The notes beneath the pieces are model-generated. The model did not search any database, was not told the DNA's origin, and saw only the letters and a list, made by a program, of their open reading frames with translations. DNA of 64,000 bases from Candidatus Bathyarchaeia archaeon (GTDB taxonomy: Archaea; Thermoproteota; Bathyarchaeia; 40CM-2-53-6): positions 864,001 to 928,000 of the forward strand of contig JBEKFP010000001.1 in the NCBI GenBank assembly GCA_050013255.1, in the 5' to 3' direction. The position numbers and the translations under genes are program-made. Positions 8,479 to 18,065 of the stretch are shown here, one piece after another; within the stretch, counting starts at the first letter, position 1; every line of letters starts with the position of its first letter.

Positions 8479-9330
8479 CTATTTGGTCTTCGTCGCTTCA
8501 GTCTTCTTGCCTCTTCGCGACTGGTAGACGGCCAGGGCGGCTAGGGCAGCGGCTAGGATGCCGAAGACTAGCGCGAGCGTCTGGTATCTCTGTGTCATGG
8601 TACCGGCGGAGGCAAGCTGTTGGTTCAGTTGGTTTATCGTGGCGCTTTGCTGTGAGATTGTGTTTTGCAGTTGTTGGTTTTGGGCTTGGCCCTGGCTGAC
8701 TTGTTGTTGAAGGATTTGGTATTCAGATTGAAGGGCGACATATTCCGGCGTGGTCGCATTGATGTAGGATAATGGTGCTATTTCTTGGTCTGTTGACGAG
8801 CTGTAGTAGTAGGATGGGTAGTAGACGTAGAAGAAAGTCCGGGAATGTTTCATGCCCATGGAATAAGTCGAGGGGTAGTAGTAGGAGCTATAGTCATAGT
8901 AGTTTGCCTGCACAGTCTCCGAGAAGAGTGCGATCAGTGAAGTCCTGGGAGCATCTTGAGGCACGGTCACGCTGAAGCTTTTGCTGAAACTCGCGGAAGG
9001 CGTTGAATATCCACCGTACCCATAGTATCCAGCATTGCTTGCTGAATTACTGATGAGTTTCTGCGTTGAGAGTTGATGGAGGCCTGCCGCGTCGGCGTAG
9101 TATATTGTTACAGTCAAAGATTGGAGGTACGCGCTGTTAGCTTTGGGAGTTCCTTGCACGTTAACCGTAACAGTATCGCTTGGCATGGCTTCGGAGGGGA
9201 AAGAAACCTGTAGACTGAATGAGTTTAGGGTGACGGTGTACGAGGTCTGCGTTGGTTGAGCGAATGCAGGACTGAGAAGGGACAAGAGGACAAGTGCGGG
9301 AACTAGCCATATTGTTTTCATACTAATCAT
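8479..9330 (-). CDS. Exported membrane-anchored protein (Ig-like domain, Tyr/Ser-rich segments, Gln-rich coiled coil)
   Basis: Signal peptide ending AFA, heptad Gln/Leu stalk, C-terminal TM helix followed by RRGKK. Confidence 0.75.
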   Translation of the reverse strand: MISMKTIWLVPALVLLSLLSPAFAQPTQTSYTVTLNSFSLQVSFPSEAMPSDTVTVNVQGTPKANSAYLQSLTVTIYYADAAGLHQLSTQKLISNSASNAGYYGYGGYSTPSASFSKSFSVTVPQDAPRTSLIALFSETVQANYYDYSSYYYPSTYSMGMKHSRTFFYVYYPSYYYSSSTDQEIAPLSYINATTPEYVALQSEYQILQQQVSQGQAQNQQLQNTISQQSATINQLNQQLASAGTMTQRYQTLALVFGILAAALAALAVYQSRRGKKTEATKTK

Positions 9331-9407
9331 ACCTACGACGAGCGTAGTAACTAAAAAGCATTATCTCGAACCGTTCGCTACTACTCACGTTAAGGTCCGT
9401 TTACAAC

Positions 9408-11237
9408 CTAGGGGGCCTTTCTGCGTCGCCTAACAATCGCCAAAAACGTCAAACCGAGAATTATGCCCGTAATGATCGACTCCAAGGGGAACCCTGGGAC
9501 TGGTGGCAATGTCATAGGCATCGTGACGGAAATCGAGCTAGAAGTTCTCAAGGCTGTTGTCGTAGGCGAGCTCACGACCGTAGTTACCACGGAAGTGATG
9601 ACCACAATCGTCGGCTGCGCAACAGTTGTCGTTGAACTCCGTGAAGTCATCGTGGTACTAATACTAGTTGAACTCGTTGTTTGAGTTGAGGATGCGTCAA
9701 CTGTGAAGTCGGCGGAGACAGAGTCACCAGCTTGATTGCCAGTCACCGAGATCGTGTATACCGCAGCCGCCACATTAGCAACAATAAAGGAACCAGTAAC
9801 GGCACCGGCGGAAATCGAACAGGATGGTGATGAGATCGAGCCTCCAGAACCAGTTATCGTGCAGGTCGAGTCACCTGGGGCGAAACCGGAACCGGACACC
9901 GTAACGCTGGCTCCAACTTCCGCAGAATTGGGGTTGATCGTCATGGATGGAATAGGGAGTATCAATTGGAAATTAGTTGTCGCGGAATCACCCGCGGGAC
10001 CACCGATAGCAGCAACCGTGTAAGAGCCTACTGCCACAGTACTGACAACAAAAGACCCTTTCACGGTACCGCCGGAAATCACACAGCTGGAAGCACTCAC
10101 CGAGCTGCCTGAGATCAAGCAACCTGTGTCGCTCATTGAGAAGCCTGAACCGGTCACGTTAACAGTTGATCCAGCGGGGGCGGAAGTAGGATTCAACGCG
10201 ATAGACGGACTACTGGCAGCTATGGTTGAGCTCGGCGTTGTCTGAGTAGAACTAGTGGCCACCTCGCTTGAAGTAGTCCTTGTTTGTAGCGGTGTTGTTG
10301 TTTGTAGCGATGTTGAGCTGCTACTAACTTGGGCTGAAACAAAGTCCAATTTGACGTTTACGCCGGTAAGGGTCAATGTCTTAGTGATCGGACCAAAACC
10401 TGGACCCGAAGCCGTAACCGTGATGGTTCCAGAAGTACCGATCGGGATCGCGTAGCCGCCCGAGGACGATGAGACGGCATAGTAACCGCCGCTACTTGGC
10501 GTGATCGTTACGCCACCGACGCCTTCGCCGATGTCGTAGAAATTGTTGTGATTCACATCATTGTACACCACGCCCAACAGGAACGGCCCAGCGCTGGGCG
10601 CGGCACCAAAATCCTCCGTGATGAAATCGCTACCAATACTGTTCGAGGTGGCTCCCGCATAGTATCCGATTCCGACTTCGTAGTACACGCAGGGAGTAGC
10701 GCTGCAGGGGTAAGCGTTGAGGAGATCAAGGAGGTTCACGCGGTGTAGACGCCCCGAGGTGCCTGAATCAACCATCATAAAGTCCTCCAATTCCGCAGCA
10801 GTCGAACCCGTACTCGCGGCCATGTTTTCACCTGCCCGCACGTAATCGTAGCCCACATTTGTAATGCGGTTGAAGGCAGTTGTGCCGTTTGGGTCTGTGT
10901 GGGAGAAATAATTCCCATTGTACATGTCCTTGCTGTGAGCCTCCGCAATGCTAAGCAGAAGTTTATTCATGGCCAACGGCGGCCGAGGGCCCACGAAGCT
11001 TGGATCCTGTAACCCTTCATGAATATCAATTCCCAAACGCTGCCCCTCGGCGATGGGATTTGCACGAGCCCGGTTAACGTACTCCAAAACGAGTTGCTCG
11101 TCGGGGGTCGGATTGCCAGAATCATACCTCACAAGACCCGTGACCGTGGGCGTAACCGCCCGCAGAGAAAGCAATGATGCAACTAGCACGACGGCAATGA
11201 AAGCAAAAGAAGTGATCCTTTTGCGTTTCAAAGGCAT
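9408..11237 (-). CDS. Surface protein: CAP/SCP domain, two Ig-like repeats, Ser/Thr linkers, PGF-type C-terminal sorting signal
   Basis: EQLVLEYVNRAR, AEAHSKDM, YFSH, AGENMA, HRVNLL (CAP motifs); C-terminus VPGFPLESIITGIILGLTFLAIVRRRR. Confidence 0.85.
   Translation of the reverse strand: MPLKRKRITSFAFIAVVLVASLLSLRAVTPTVTGLVRYDSGNPTPDEQLVLEYVNRARANPIAEGQRLGIDIHEGLQDPSFVGPRPPLAMNKLLLSIAEAHSKDMYNGNYFSHTDPNGTTAFNRITNVGYDYVRAGENMAASTGSTAAELEDFMMVDSGTSGRLHRVNLLDLLNAYPCSATPCVYYEVGIGYYAGATSNSIGSDFITEDFGAAPSAGPFLLGVVYNDVNHNNFYDIGEGVGGVTITPSSGGYYAVSSSSGGYAIPIGTSGTITVTASGPGFGPITKTLTLTGVNVKLDFVSAQVSSSSTSLQTTTPLQTRTTSSEVATSSTQTTPSSTIAASSPSIALNPTSAPAGSTVNVTGSGFSMSDTGCLISGSSVSASSCVISGGTVKGSFVVSTVAVGSYTVAAIGGPAGDSATTNFQLILPIPSMTINPNSAEVGASVTVSGSGFAPGDSTCTITGSGGSISSPSCSISAGAVTGSFIVANVAAAVYTISVTGNQAGDSVSADFTVDASSTQTTSSTSISTTMTSRSSTTTVAQPTIVVITSVVTTVVSSPTTTALRTSSSISVTMPMTLPPVPGFPLESIITGIILGLTFLAIVRRRRKAP
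9705..10208 (-). repeat. Two tandem ~85-aa Ig/IPT-like repeats within the CAP protein
   Basis: PSIALNPTSAPAGSTVNVTGSGF..DTGC..SC.ISGG.V.GSF.V vs PSMTINPNSAEVGASVTVSGSGF..DSTC..SC.ISAG.V.GSF.V, both ending AGDS. Confidence 0.8.
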
Positions 11238-11544
11238 GATTCTAGTTCAACTCTCCTCGGTTCTTACACTGCTAGAGCGCAATCATCACGTGTCAGCACT
11301 CATCTCTAAAAAAAGGACGTATTCGCGCCATCAAGCAGAATGGAACGGTCGTTGCCCCGATTGTTAGAAAAGTGACACAATCTTGTGCAAATCTTTGACT
11401 GCGTGTTGCAGACTTTCCACCCACTATCAATGTCTACGTGTGTGCGCGCACAGTTGCCATCGTCGTATAATTCTGGTTTATTTCACGCAACGCGAGAAGT
11501 ATGGAAAGGTTGACGTTCAAAGGGGAAAACAACCGGTGAGTTGA

Positions 11545-11766
11545 ATGGCAAACACAAAGGGGCACATGATAAGTCTCGTTACTCGATTGCTTATCGTGGC
11601 CGCCGTTACAGTATCTATTTCAGTGGTGACGACGATTCTCCTGATACAGAAATTCGGGGCGACGTGGAATGTTGTTCCCATAACGGTTTTTGCAATCATT
11701 GTCCCCGCAACACTCGCAATAGCAATCAACTATCTGTATTGGCGTCCACGATACAGGGTGCTCTGA
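11545..11766 (+). CDS. Small two-TM membrane protein
   Basis: 73 aa with two hydrophobic helices; SD-like GGTGAG upstream. Confidence 0.55.
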   Translation: MANTKGHMISLVTRLLIVAAVTVSISVVTTILLIQKFGATWNVVPITVFAIIVPATLAIAINYLYWRPRYRVL

Positions 11767-11872
11767 ATTGACATCCGCTTATGCCGAACAGCTGTACAGA
11801 ACAGCCATAAACTGAACAAAGCCTCAATTTCATCCTTCTCTGGCGTCGATTCCGAATATTAATTTCCAAGGC

Positions 11873-11915
11873 TTATATGCCGTTAAATTATTAAGTAAAA
11901 TAAAAGTCTTAATAA
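11873..11915 (+). promoter_or_regulatory. TATA box and NikR-geometry operator upstream of the metal ABC operon
   Basis: TTATA at 11873, then perfect inverted repeat TTATTAAG(11888-11895)-N12-CTTAATAA(11908-11915), equivalent to TTATTA-N16-TAATAA. Confidence 0.7.
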
Positions 11916-11939
11916 CTTAGTTTTCGCTTACTGTCAGCC

Positions 11940-12932
11940 ATGCAATCAGTTAAGAGCACTCGTAAGCCTTGGGTAGTTGCCATTGCGCTCTTTTTCATAG
12001 GCCTCGTTGTCGGCGGCGTCATTGTCAGCTCTAGCAGCGGATCGAGTTCAACCTCCACAAACACGGTCACCGTGACCTCGCGGAGTGGTGGCACACCGGT
12101 GTTGAGCGTCTTGGCGACGTTCTTTCCACTTCAGGATTGGGCTGCAGCAGTAGGAGGGGACAAGGCGAACGTATCACTCCTGGTGCCAGCAAGCATCGAT
12201 GTGCACGAGTTTGAGCCCAGTCCCGCTGCAATTCAAGCCATCGCGCAAGCTAATATTCTGGTCCTAAACGGGGCGGGCCTCGAAACATGGGCCTCAGGAG
12301 CAATAGCTGCAGCGAACAATCCAAATCTCGTAGTTGTCGACTGCAGTTCAGGTATCAATTTGATCAATCTTCCTCCACAGTTTCAAGTTGGGAATAGAAC
12401 GATTGACCCCCACATATGGAATGACCCTGTAAACGCCATCGCCATGGTCAAGAACATCCTGGCCGGTTTCATTCAGGCGGACCCATCGGACGCATCTTAC
12501 TTTACGGCTAACGCAAACAGGTACGAGAACGCCCTTGAGGTTCTCAACCAACAGTTTGTCGATCTAACTAGTTCGAAGGTTGCCACCAGAGACTTTGTCA
12601 CTTTCCACACAGCCTGGGCCTATTTGGCGCAGCAGTACAACCTAAATCAAATTCCAGTGTTCGGCCCCTTTGAGGAGGAACCGACGCCATCAGACCTACA
12701 AAACGTAGTTAACGCAATCAACCAGAACAAGCTTTGCTACGTAGGCTACGAATCTCTCGAGAACCCAGCGATTTCCCAAACTATCGCAACCGAGACACAC
12801 GCCACGCTTGTACCCATGGATCCGAACGAAGGTCTCTCGCCACAGCAGCAAGCGGCCGGCGAAACCTACCTAACAATGATGCAGATGATGCTCTTCATCC
12901 TGACGTTAGCACTTACGCACACGGGTTGCTAG
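11940..12932 (+). CDS. znuA: Zn/Mn ABC transporter substrate-binding protein (ZnuA/TroA family)
   Basis: N-terminal anchor; ligand motifs DVHEFEP, IDPHIW, TFHTAW, MDP; NGAGLE. Confidence 0.9.
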   Translation: MQSVKSTRKPWVVAIALFFIGLVVGGVIVSSSSGSSSTSTNTVTVTSRSGGTPVLSVLATFFPLQDWAAAVGGDKANVSLLVPASIDVHEFEPSPAAIQAIAQANILVLNGAGLETWASGAIAAANNPNLVVVDCSSGINLINLPPQFQVGNRTIDPHIWNDPVNAIAMVKNILAGFIQADPSDASYFTANANRYENALEVLNQQFVDLTSSKVATRDFVTFHTAWAYLAQQYNLNQIPVFGPFEEEPTPSDLQNVVNAINQNKLCYVGYESLENPAISQTIATETHATLVPMDPNEGLSPQQQAAGETYLTMMQMMLFILTLALTHTGC

Positions 12933-12986
12933 CAACATATTATCTTGGAGCTTGCCGTAATATGTTGAATAAACTAGGGGATTGAT

Positions 12987-13760
12987 CTGCAAGTCTCAGC
13001 TCCTATCGAAGGTCCGATAGTCGAGCTCAATGACGTCGGAGTGAGATATCCAGGCGGTGTTCAAGCTCTTGACCACATTACTCTCAAGATAAGTAAGGGC
13101 GATTTTGTAGGCCTGATCGGCCCAAACGGGGCTGGAAAATCAACGCTCCTTAACGTGATCCTTGGCATCGTGAAACCCAATACGGGCTACGTTCGGCTCT
13201 TCGGCGAACCAATATCCCCAAGAAACCTAAGAAAAATAGGGTACGTTCCTCAGATACCATATTCTAAGGACACCAACTTTCCGTCTACTGTCTACGAAGC
13301 TGTCCTAATGGGGCGAATTCCTCATTCTTCACGGTTCCCTTGGTTCTCGGCAGACGATCACCATAAGGTCGAACATGCGCTGAAACGCCTTGAAATCGAG
13401 GACCTCAAGAACAGGGGGATTGGTGAACTCTCGGGCGGAGAAACTCAGAGAGTTTTCACGGCGAAAGCACTGGTGGGGGAACCACAGTTGTTGATGTTCG
13501 ATGAACCGACTAGCGGTGTGGACGTTGAAGCGAAGAGAGAGTTCTACAGTGTACTAGAACAGCTTAACAGAGATCTCGGTATCACGACAGTCCTTTCAAT
13601 CCACGACCTGGCTGTTGTCACACAGCTCGCCAAGACGATCATATGCATAAATCGCAGGCTCTATTTCGACGGTCTTACAACGCGGTTCGACGCGAAAGCC
13701 ATTCTCCCAAGGGCGTACAATTATCCAGTGGAAGTGATCGAGCACGGAGAGCATCCTTAA
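12987..13760 (+). CDS. znuC: Metal ABC transporter ATP-binding protein
   Basis: GPNGAGKST, IGYVPQ, LSGGETQR, FDEPTSGVD, HD. The first strand (PIVELNDVGVRY) begins upstream of GTG 13041, so a CTG start at 12987 is proposed. Confidence 0.9.
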   Translation: MQVSAPIEGPIVELNDVGVRYPGGVQALDHITLKISKGDFVGLIGPNGAGKSTLLNVILGIVKPNTGYVRLFGEPISPRNLRKIGYVPQIPYSKDTNFPSTVYEAVLMGRIPHSSRFPWFSADDHHKVEHALKRLEIEDLKNRGIGELSGGETQRVFTAKALVGEPQLLMFDEPTSGVDVEAKREFYSVLEQLNRDLGITTVLSIHDLAVVTQLAKTIICINRRLYFDGLTTRFDAKAILPRAYNYPVEVIEHGEHP

Positions 13761-13764
13761 CTCC

Positions 13765-14601
13765 ATACTTACCTACCTTAGCGCTGGGTTCATTCAGCGC
13801 GCCTTCATCATAGGGATACTCATCGCCGTGCTCAGCTCAATCTTGAGCGTCTACATTGTGCTCAAGAGGCTCTCTCTCATCGGAGATGGGTTAGCCCATA
13901 CCGCCTACGGAGGTATCGCCATCGGTCTCGCCGTAGGTGCTCTTCAACCCAGACTGGTCAACATTAATCCATACTTGATCGGGGGAGCAATAGTCGTACT
14001 TGGTTCAATAATGATCACAAAGACGATTCGCTCTGCGCGGCTTAGTGGAGACGCAGCTGTGGCGGTTTTTCTAGAGCTCGGCTTAGCTACAGGGATCTTT
14101 GTCACCAGCGTCACACTCAATTACGGCTTTCAACTTGACGCTCTTCTCTTCGGAAGCATACTGCTAGTTGAGTGGAGTCAGATTTACGCCGCTGCGCTTG
14201 TCCTCGTCTTGGCAATTGGGGCAATCATAGTTTTCTATAAGCAACTGCTCTACACAATTTTCGATGAGGTTCAAGCTAGAGCATCAGGCATAGAAACATG
14301 GAAGTTTGACTACCTGCTCGCCATCCTTGCCGGAATAGCCGTAGTCGTTTCAATCCCCATCGTAGGCATTCTGCTCATATCGGCGCTTCTTGTGCTTCCG
14401 GCTCTCAGCAGTATGCAAATCGCTCGGTCCTTCAAACAAACCATCTTAATGGCACCCATGTTCGGTTTAGCCTCTGTAGTTCTAGGAATGTTTCTGTCCA
14501 TAATCCAACCACATGCTGCTCCTGGGGGGTCAATTGTTCTCGTGGGTCTGGCTCTACTTCTCGCTGCCATGGTCATAAAGAAAGTAAAATCCGTGTTCTA
14601 G
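13765..14601 (+). CDS. znuB: Metal ABC transporter permease (ZnuB/ABC-3)
   Basis: LSLIGDGLAHTAYGG, LLFGSIL, FDEVQARASG, VGILLISALLVLP. Conserved FIQRAFIIG lies upstream of GTG 13828, so the start is uncertain (ATA 13765 or ATC 13753). Confidence 0.9.
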   Translation: MLTYLSAGFIQRAFIIGILIAVLSSILSVYIVLKRLSLIGDGLAHTAYGGIAIGLAVGALQPRLVNINPYLIGGAIVVLGSIMITKTIRSARLSGDAAVAVFLELGLATGIFVTSVTLNYGFQLDALLFGSILLVEWSQIYAAALVLVLAIGAIIVFYKQLLYTIFDEVQARASGIETWKFDYLLAILAGIAVVVSIPIVGILLISALLVLPALSSMQIARSFKQTILMAPMFGLASVVLGMFLSIIQPHAAPGGSIVLVGLALLLAAMVIKKVKSVF

Positions 14602-14668
14602 TTGAACCGCACTTGCGTCGAAGGTTAAATAACAACCGTTTGGCACGCAGTCAACTCAGTGGCCTGCC

Positions 14669-15052
14669 ATGACCATTGTGAGCTTGTCGTTTCCTGATCA
14701 AATGATAAAGGACATGGACAGGATTCAGAAATCTCGAGGCTTCTCGGGCCGTTCGGAGCTAGTTCGGGCCGCCATCAGGTTGATGTTGGAAGATACGAAA
14801 GAAAAGGACTCAATGGCAGGCAGAATCAGCGCGATCGTAACGGTAACCCACAGCCAAGAGGATGAGGAGCCCATAACTCGGCTGAAACATTTATTCCAAG
14901 ATATCGTGAAGACCCACATTCACAGCAAGATCAGTCACGGGAACTGCATAGAACTATTCCTTTTGGAAGGGGATGGAAAGAAAGTGGCTTCTATGACGAA
15001 GTCATTCCAGAAGGAAGAGAACATGAAAAGTGTCCGATTGATTGTGCTTTAA
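14669..15052 (+). CDS. NikR-family ribbon-helix-helix metalloregulator
   Basis: MTIVSLSF...GFSGRSELVRAAIR RHH domain plus C-terminal metal domain KH..D...THIH....H.NCIE. Confidence 0.85.
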   Translation: MTIVSLSFPDQMIKDMDRIQKSRGFSGRSELVRAAIRLMLEDTKEKDSMAGRISAIVTVTHSQEDEEPITRLKHLFQDIVKTHIHSKISHGNCIELFLLEGDGKKVASMTKSFQKEENMKSVRLIVL

Positions 15053-15090
15053 GGTCAAGTTAACTTCTGTTTCGTTTGATGAGCGCCGAA

Positions 15091-15630
15091 TTACATCTGT
15101 TCTTGGATAGTTGAAATGACTCTGGGTGCTAAGATTGTGAATAACATGGTGTTGTTCACCAACGCTGTGATCAAACTTGGAATCCCTGAGATCATCGAAG
15201 CCAGTAAGGGAATGCCATAGAATACCGTAACCCACCAGTTCTGAAGAAATTCACTAATGACCGTTAGGATTACAGCTGACGCGGCGAACCAAAGGCTGTT
15301 GGGTCTACTTCTGACGAAAAGCCGTAGAATGCCGCCTCCGATACCGAACACGCCTCCGATGATTCCACCGATAAAAGGTGTCCATGGTCCCGGTTGAACT
15401 GGGAGATCAGAAATCACTATAATTGATGATCCGCCTAGGAAGCCAACTACTGGTCCGTAAATGATGCCCATGATGAAGGTCAGCGTCTCCGACAAGCCGA
15501 CTTTGATCACGACACCGTAAAATGGCGTAGGCGTGATCATGGCCACTTCTCCTATACCGAACCTCACCACGCTGCCGACGGCTACGAGCGTTGCCACTAG
15601 TGCGACTTTTTTCGATAGGGAGGCGGTCAT
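15091..15630 (-). CDS. ECF transporter S component (CbrT-like, corrinoid uptake)
   Basis: Hydrophobic; YGPVVGFLGG and GPWTPF motifs; divergent from the cob cluster. Confidence 0.7.
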   Translation of the reverse strand: MTASLSKKVALVATLVAVGSVVRFGIGEVAMITPTPFYGVVIKVGLSETLTFIMGIIYGPVVGFLGGSSIIVISDLPVQPGPWTPFIGGIIGGVFGIGGGILRLFVRSRPNSLWFAASAVILTVISEFLQNWWVTVFYGIPLLASMISGIPSLITALVNNTMLFTILAPRVISTIQEQM

Positions 15631-15717
15631 ACGTGGTCTTCTGGATGGATTATCCAGCCAGAGATTATAAAAGCTAATTCACAATATTAGCCGTAAGCTA
15701 CTCAGAACGAGAATGAG

Positions 15718-16194
15718 ATGAAACGGTACTTGGATACGCTACAGAGCTATTTGGAGCAGTACGGCATTAAGATTGAAGATTTGATCGCTACGGCCCTGGA
15801 GCTTTTCGTGCCCCACCCAGGCGTTGAGGACAAAGAAAAGGCAACTAGGATACTCACCGATGAGTTTCGGGATGCCTTCACTGACGTGAATGTCTCCTGT
15901 CTAATTGTTGCGTGTTACAGGGCTGAGGAGGACGCGAAGGAGGGCAGGATTCCAAACCTAACTGTGGAACGATTCATGGGTCGGCCGGGTCTTGTTGCTG
16001 ATGAACTTCTCGGCATGACAATCGCGAGTTACATCGCAGGCGCTAGGGGCGTTTTCGAGTTTATTCGGTTCGACCAACAGAAGCCAGGTATACTCGCGAA
16101 ACTAGGGCCAATAACCAATGATGCGATCGGTGGGTTGATCGCTGGTTGTTCCTCGAATATGTACTCCCTGGCGACGAGGCAGAGTAAGGGCTGA
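15718..16194 (+). CDS. cobZ: Archaeal alpha-ribazole-phosphate phosphatase (PgpA-like CobZ)
   Basis: DVNV, LVADELLG..IASYIAG..GVFEF.RFD..KPGIL..LGP...DAIGGL; first gene of the cob operon. Confidence 0.8.
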   Translation: MKRYLDTLQSYLEQYGIKIEDLIATALELFVPHPGVEDKEKATRILTDEFRDAFTDVNVSCLIVACYRAEEDAKEGRIPNLTVERFMGRPGLVADELLGMTIASYIAGARGVFEFIRFDQQKPGILAKLGPITNDAIGGLIAGCSSNMYSLATRQSKG

Positions 16195-16199
16195 CTTGA

Positions 16200-16958
16200 T
16201 TGGGTGTCCTTCGTGGGCTGAGGAATTGCGTCGCCTTTCTCACAATTATCCCGGTAGGAATGGATGACGATGCAATTCAGCAAGCAGCATACTACATGCC
16301 GATTTTTCCCCTAATCGGCGCGCTCATCGGTCTTCTGGCCGGCATGTTTGTCTGGTTGCTCGAATTCGCTTTGCAAGCACTCATTGTCGGGTTCCTAGGC
16401 GTAGGCTTCCTGCTACTATTGAACGGAATCCAGCACTTTGACGGGTTACTTGACTTCGGGGATGGGCTGATGTGTCATGGACCGCGAAAACGGAAACTCC
16501 GTGCGATGCAGGACCCGAGAACTGGTGCCGGTGGGCTAGGCCTGGGAGTAGTTGTTTTGGCGACTACCGCAGTAAGCATTGCCGCCCTGGGGCGGCCGGT
16601 TGCCATTCAGGGGATTTTGGTCTCTGAGGCTATTGGGAAATTCTCTATGGTGCTCGAAGCCTGGGCCGGAAAGGCCGCACAACAGGGCTTGGGGTCCATG
16701 TTCGTTGAGTCGATGAATGGGAAGCATCGAAACATGCGGTTAACTGCAGCTTTCCTTAGCCTTCTGCTCGTTGCTGTACTGAGTCTTCGCGGAATCGGAT
16801 TATTGGCCGTCATAGCTGGCACGGCAGCTTCAATGCTTCTTCTGTCGATCTCCAGGAAAGCCTTCGGGGGCATAACTGGCGACACTATGGGTGCGACAAA
16901 TGAACTGTCGAGGCTCGTCTCTCTGCTCATAATTGTAGGTGCGACGCAATGGGTGTGA
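16200..16958 (+). CDS. cobS: Adenosylcobinamide-GDP ribazoletransferase (cobamide synthase)
   Basis: FLTIIP, GIQHFDGLLDFGDG, MQDPRTGAGG, FGGITGDTMGA. Confidence 0.92.
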   Translation: MGVLRGLRNCVAFLTIIPVGMDDDAIQQAAYYMPIFPLIGALIGLLAGMFVWLLEFALQALIVGFLGVGFLLLLNGIQHFDGLLDFGDGLMCHGPRKRKLRAMQDPRTGAGGLGLGVVVLATTAVSIAALGRPVAIQGILVSEAIGKFSMVLEAWAGKAAQQGLGSMFVESMNGKHRNMRLTAAFLSLLLVAVLSLRGIGLLAVIAGTAASMLLLSISRKAFGGITGDTMGATNELSRLVSLLIIVGATQWV

Positions 16959-17581
16959 CAGCTCTTGTCATGGCGGGTGGCAAGGCAACTAGAATGGCTT
17001 CCGAGTTTGAAAAGCCGTTAGCTGAAGTCGGCGGTAAGTCCATGCTCCTACTCGTAGTTGAGGCGTTGAAGAAATCAAAGAACATAGATTGTATCGTAGT
17101 TGCCGTCAGTCCACACACACCCAAAACCGCTCTGGCGGCAAGGGAAATCGGCGTCGAAGTAGTGGAGACACGAGGCTTAGGATATGAAGAAGATATGAAA
17201 TTCGCGATAAAGCAGCGAAAACTGCGTGACGTGATGGTTGTTTCTGCAGACCTTCCCCTACTAACTCCTGTACTCGTAGATAGGGCAATTGAATCTTACA
17301 AGAGGGAAATGAAACCTTCGTTGAGCGTAATGGCCCCGGCAGAAATCGTGGAAAAGCAGGGAGCAAAACCATCATTTGTATTCCAAGTCGGTGGGAAACG
17401 AATGGTCCCAATTGGAATTAACTTGATCGATGGAACCAGAATCGACGAACCCGAATTAGAGGAGACCATTCTGATCGCAGAACCTGATGATTCAATCTTG
17501 AACGTTAACACAATCGAAGAGCTCAAGGTAGCTCGGGAGTTGAAAGCAAGTGAACAAAAGTCCCGAAACAAGGAAAGGTAA
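16949..17581 (+). CDS. cobY: Adenosylcobinamide-phosphate guanylyltransferase
   Basis: ALVMAGGKATRM..EKPL, VSPHTP.T, SADLP, GIN, NVNT. Confidence 0.88.
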   Translation: MGVTALVMAGGKATRMASEFEKPLAEVGGKSMLLLVVEALKKSKNIDCIVVAVSPHTPKTALAAREIGVEVVETRGLGYEEDMKFAIKQRKLRDVMVVSADLPLLTPVLVDRAIESYKREMKPSLSVMAPAEIVEKQGAKPSFVFQVGGKRMVPIGINLIDGTRIDEPELEETILIAEPDDSILNVNTIEELKVARELKASEQKSRNKER

Positions 17582-18065
17582 CGGAACGAACAGAAAAGCA
17601 AACCGGACTTACCGCGCTGCTAGAATTCCGGTGTTCTGCGCACTCTCTGTCATCGGGTCGTTCATTCATCTCCCAGGCCCAATTCAAACGGTGGCCTTTG
17701 ATTCAGCACCAGGTTTCTTCGCGGCCCTATACTTTGGCCCTATTGATGGCGCTGCAGTTAGCGGAATAGGGCATCTTGCCACATCGATCATTAACGGCTT
17801 CCCGCTTGGAATACTACACTTCCCAATCGCATTGGGTCTAGCCTGCGCTGGCGCCGCAATCGGATTAGTGAAAGCAAAATTGAACGCTGGTCTTGGTTTG
17901 GGCGTTGGAATAGTCATCAACACCGCGCTGGTAGTTCTCGCAGTTCCCGCAATCGGTTGGGCGGCAACGATCAGTTTCATACCTTTCTTGTTTCTAGCGG
18001 CGTGCGCAAACGGGGTCGCGGCGGGAGTGGCATACATTGGCGTACGCAAGAGACTAGGACATTGA
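17550..18065 (+). CDS. cblT: ECF S component, alpha-ribazole transporter CblT-like
   Basis: ALSVIGSFI.LP...TVAFDSAPGFFAAL..G...GA.V..IGHL.TS...GFPL...H; directly upstream of cblS. Confidence 0.78.
   Translation: MNKSPETRKGNGTNRKANRTYRAARIPVFCALSVIGSFIHLPGPIQTVAFDSAPGFFAALYFGPIDGAAVSGIGHLATSIINGFPLGILHFPIALGLACAGAAIGLVKAKLNAGLGLGVGIVINTALVVLAVPAIGWAATISFIPFLFLAACANGVAAGVAYIGVRKRLGH

Noticed and set aside
11245-11257. Identical 13-mer GTTCAACTCTCCT also at 37496-37508
   Set aside because: On the coding strand it is AGGAGAGTTGAAC just before start codons, most simply an extended Shine-Dalgarno.
11441-11452. Perfect 12-bp palindrome TGTGCGCGCACA
   Set aside because: Single copy with no supporting context; plausible by chance in 64 kb.
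15631-15717. Cobalamin riboswitch before the cob cluster
   Set aside because: Only 87 bp shared by divergent genes; no B12-box, just a TATA-like ATTATAAAA.
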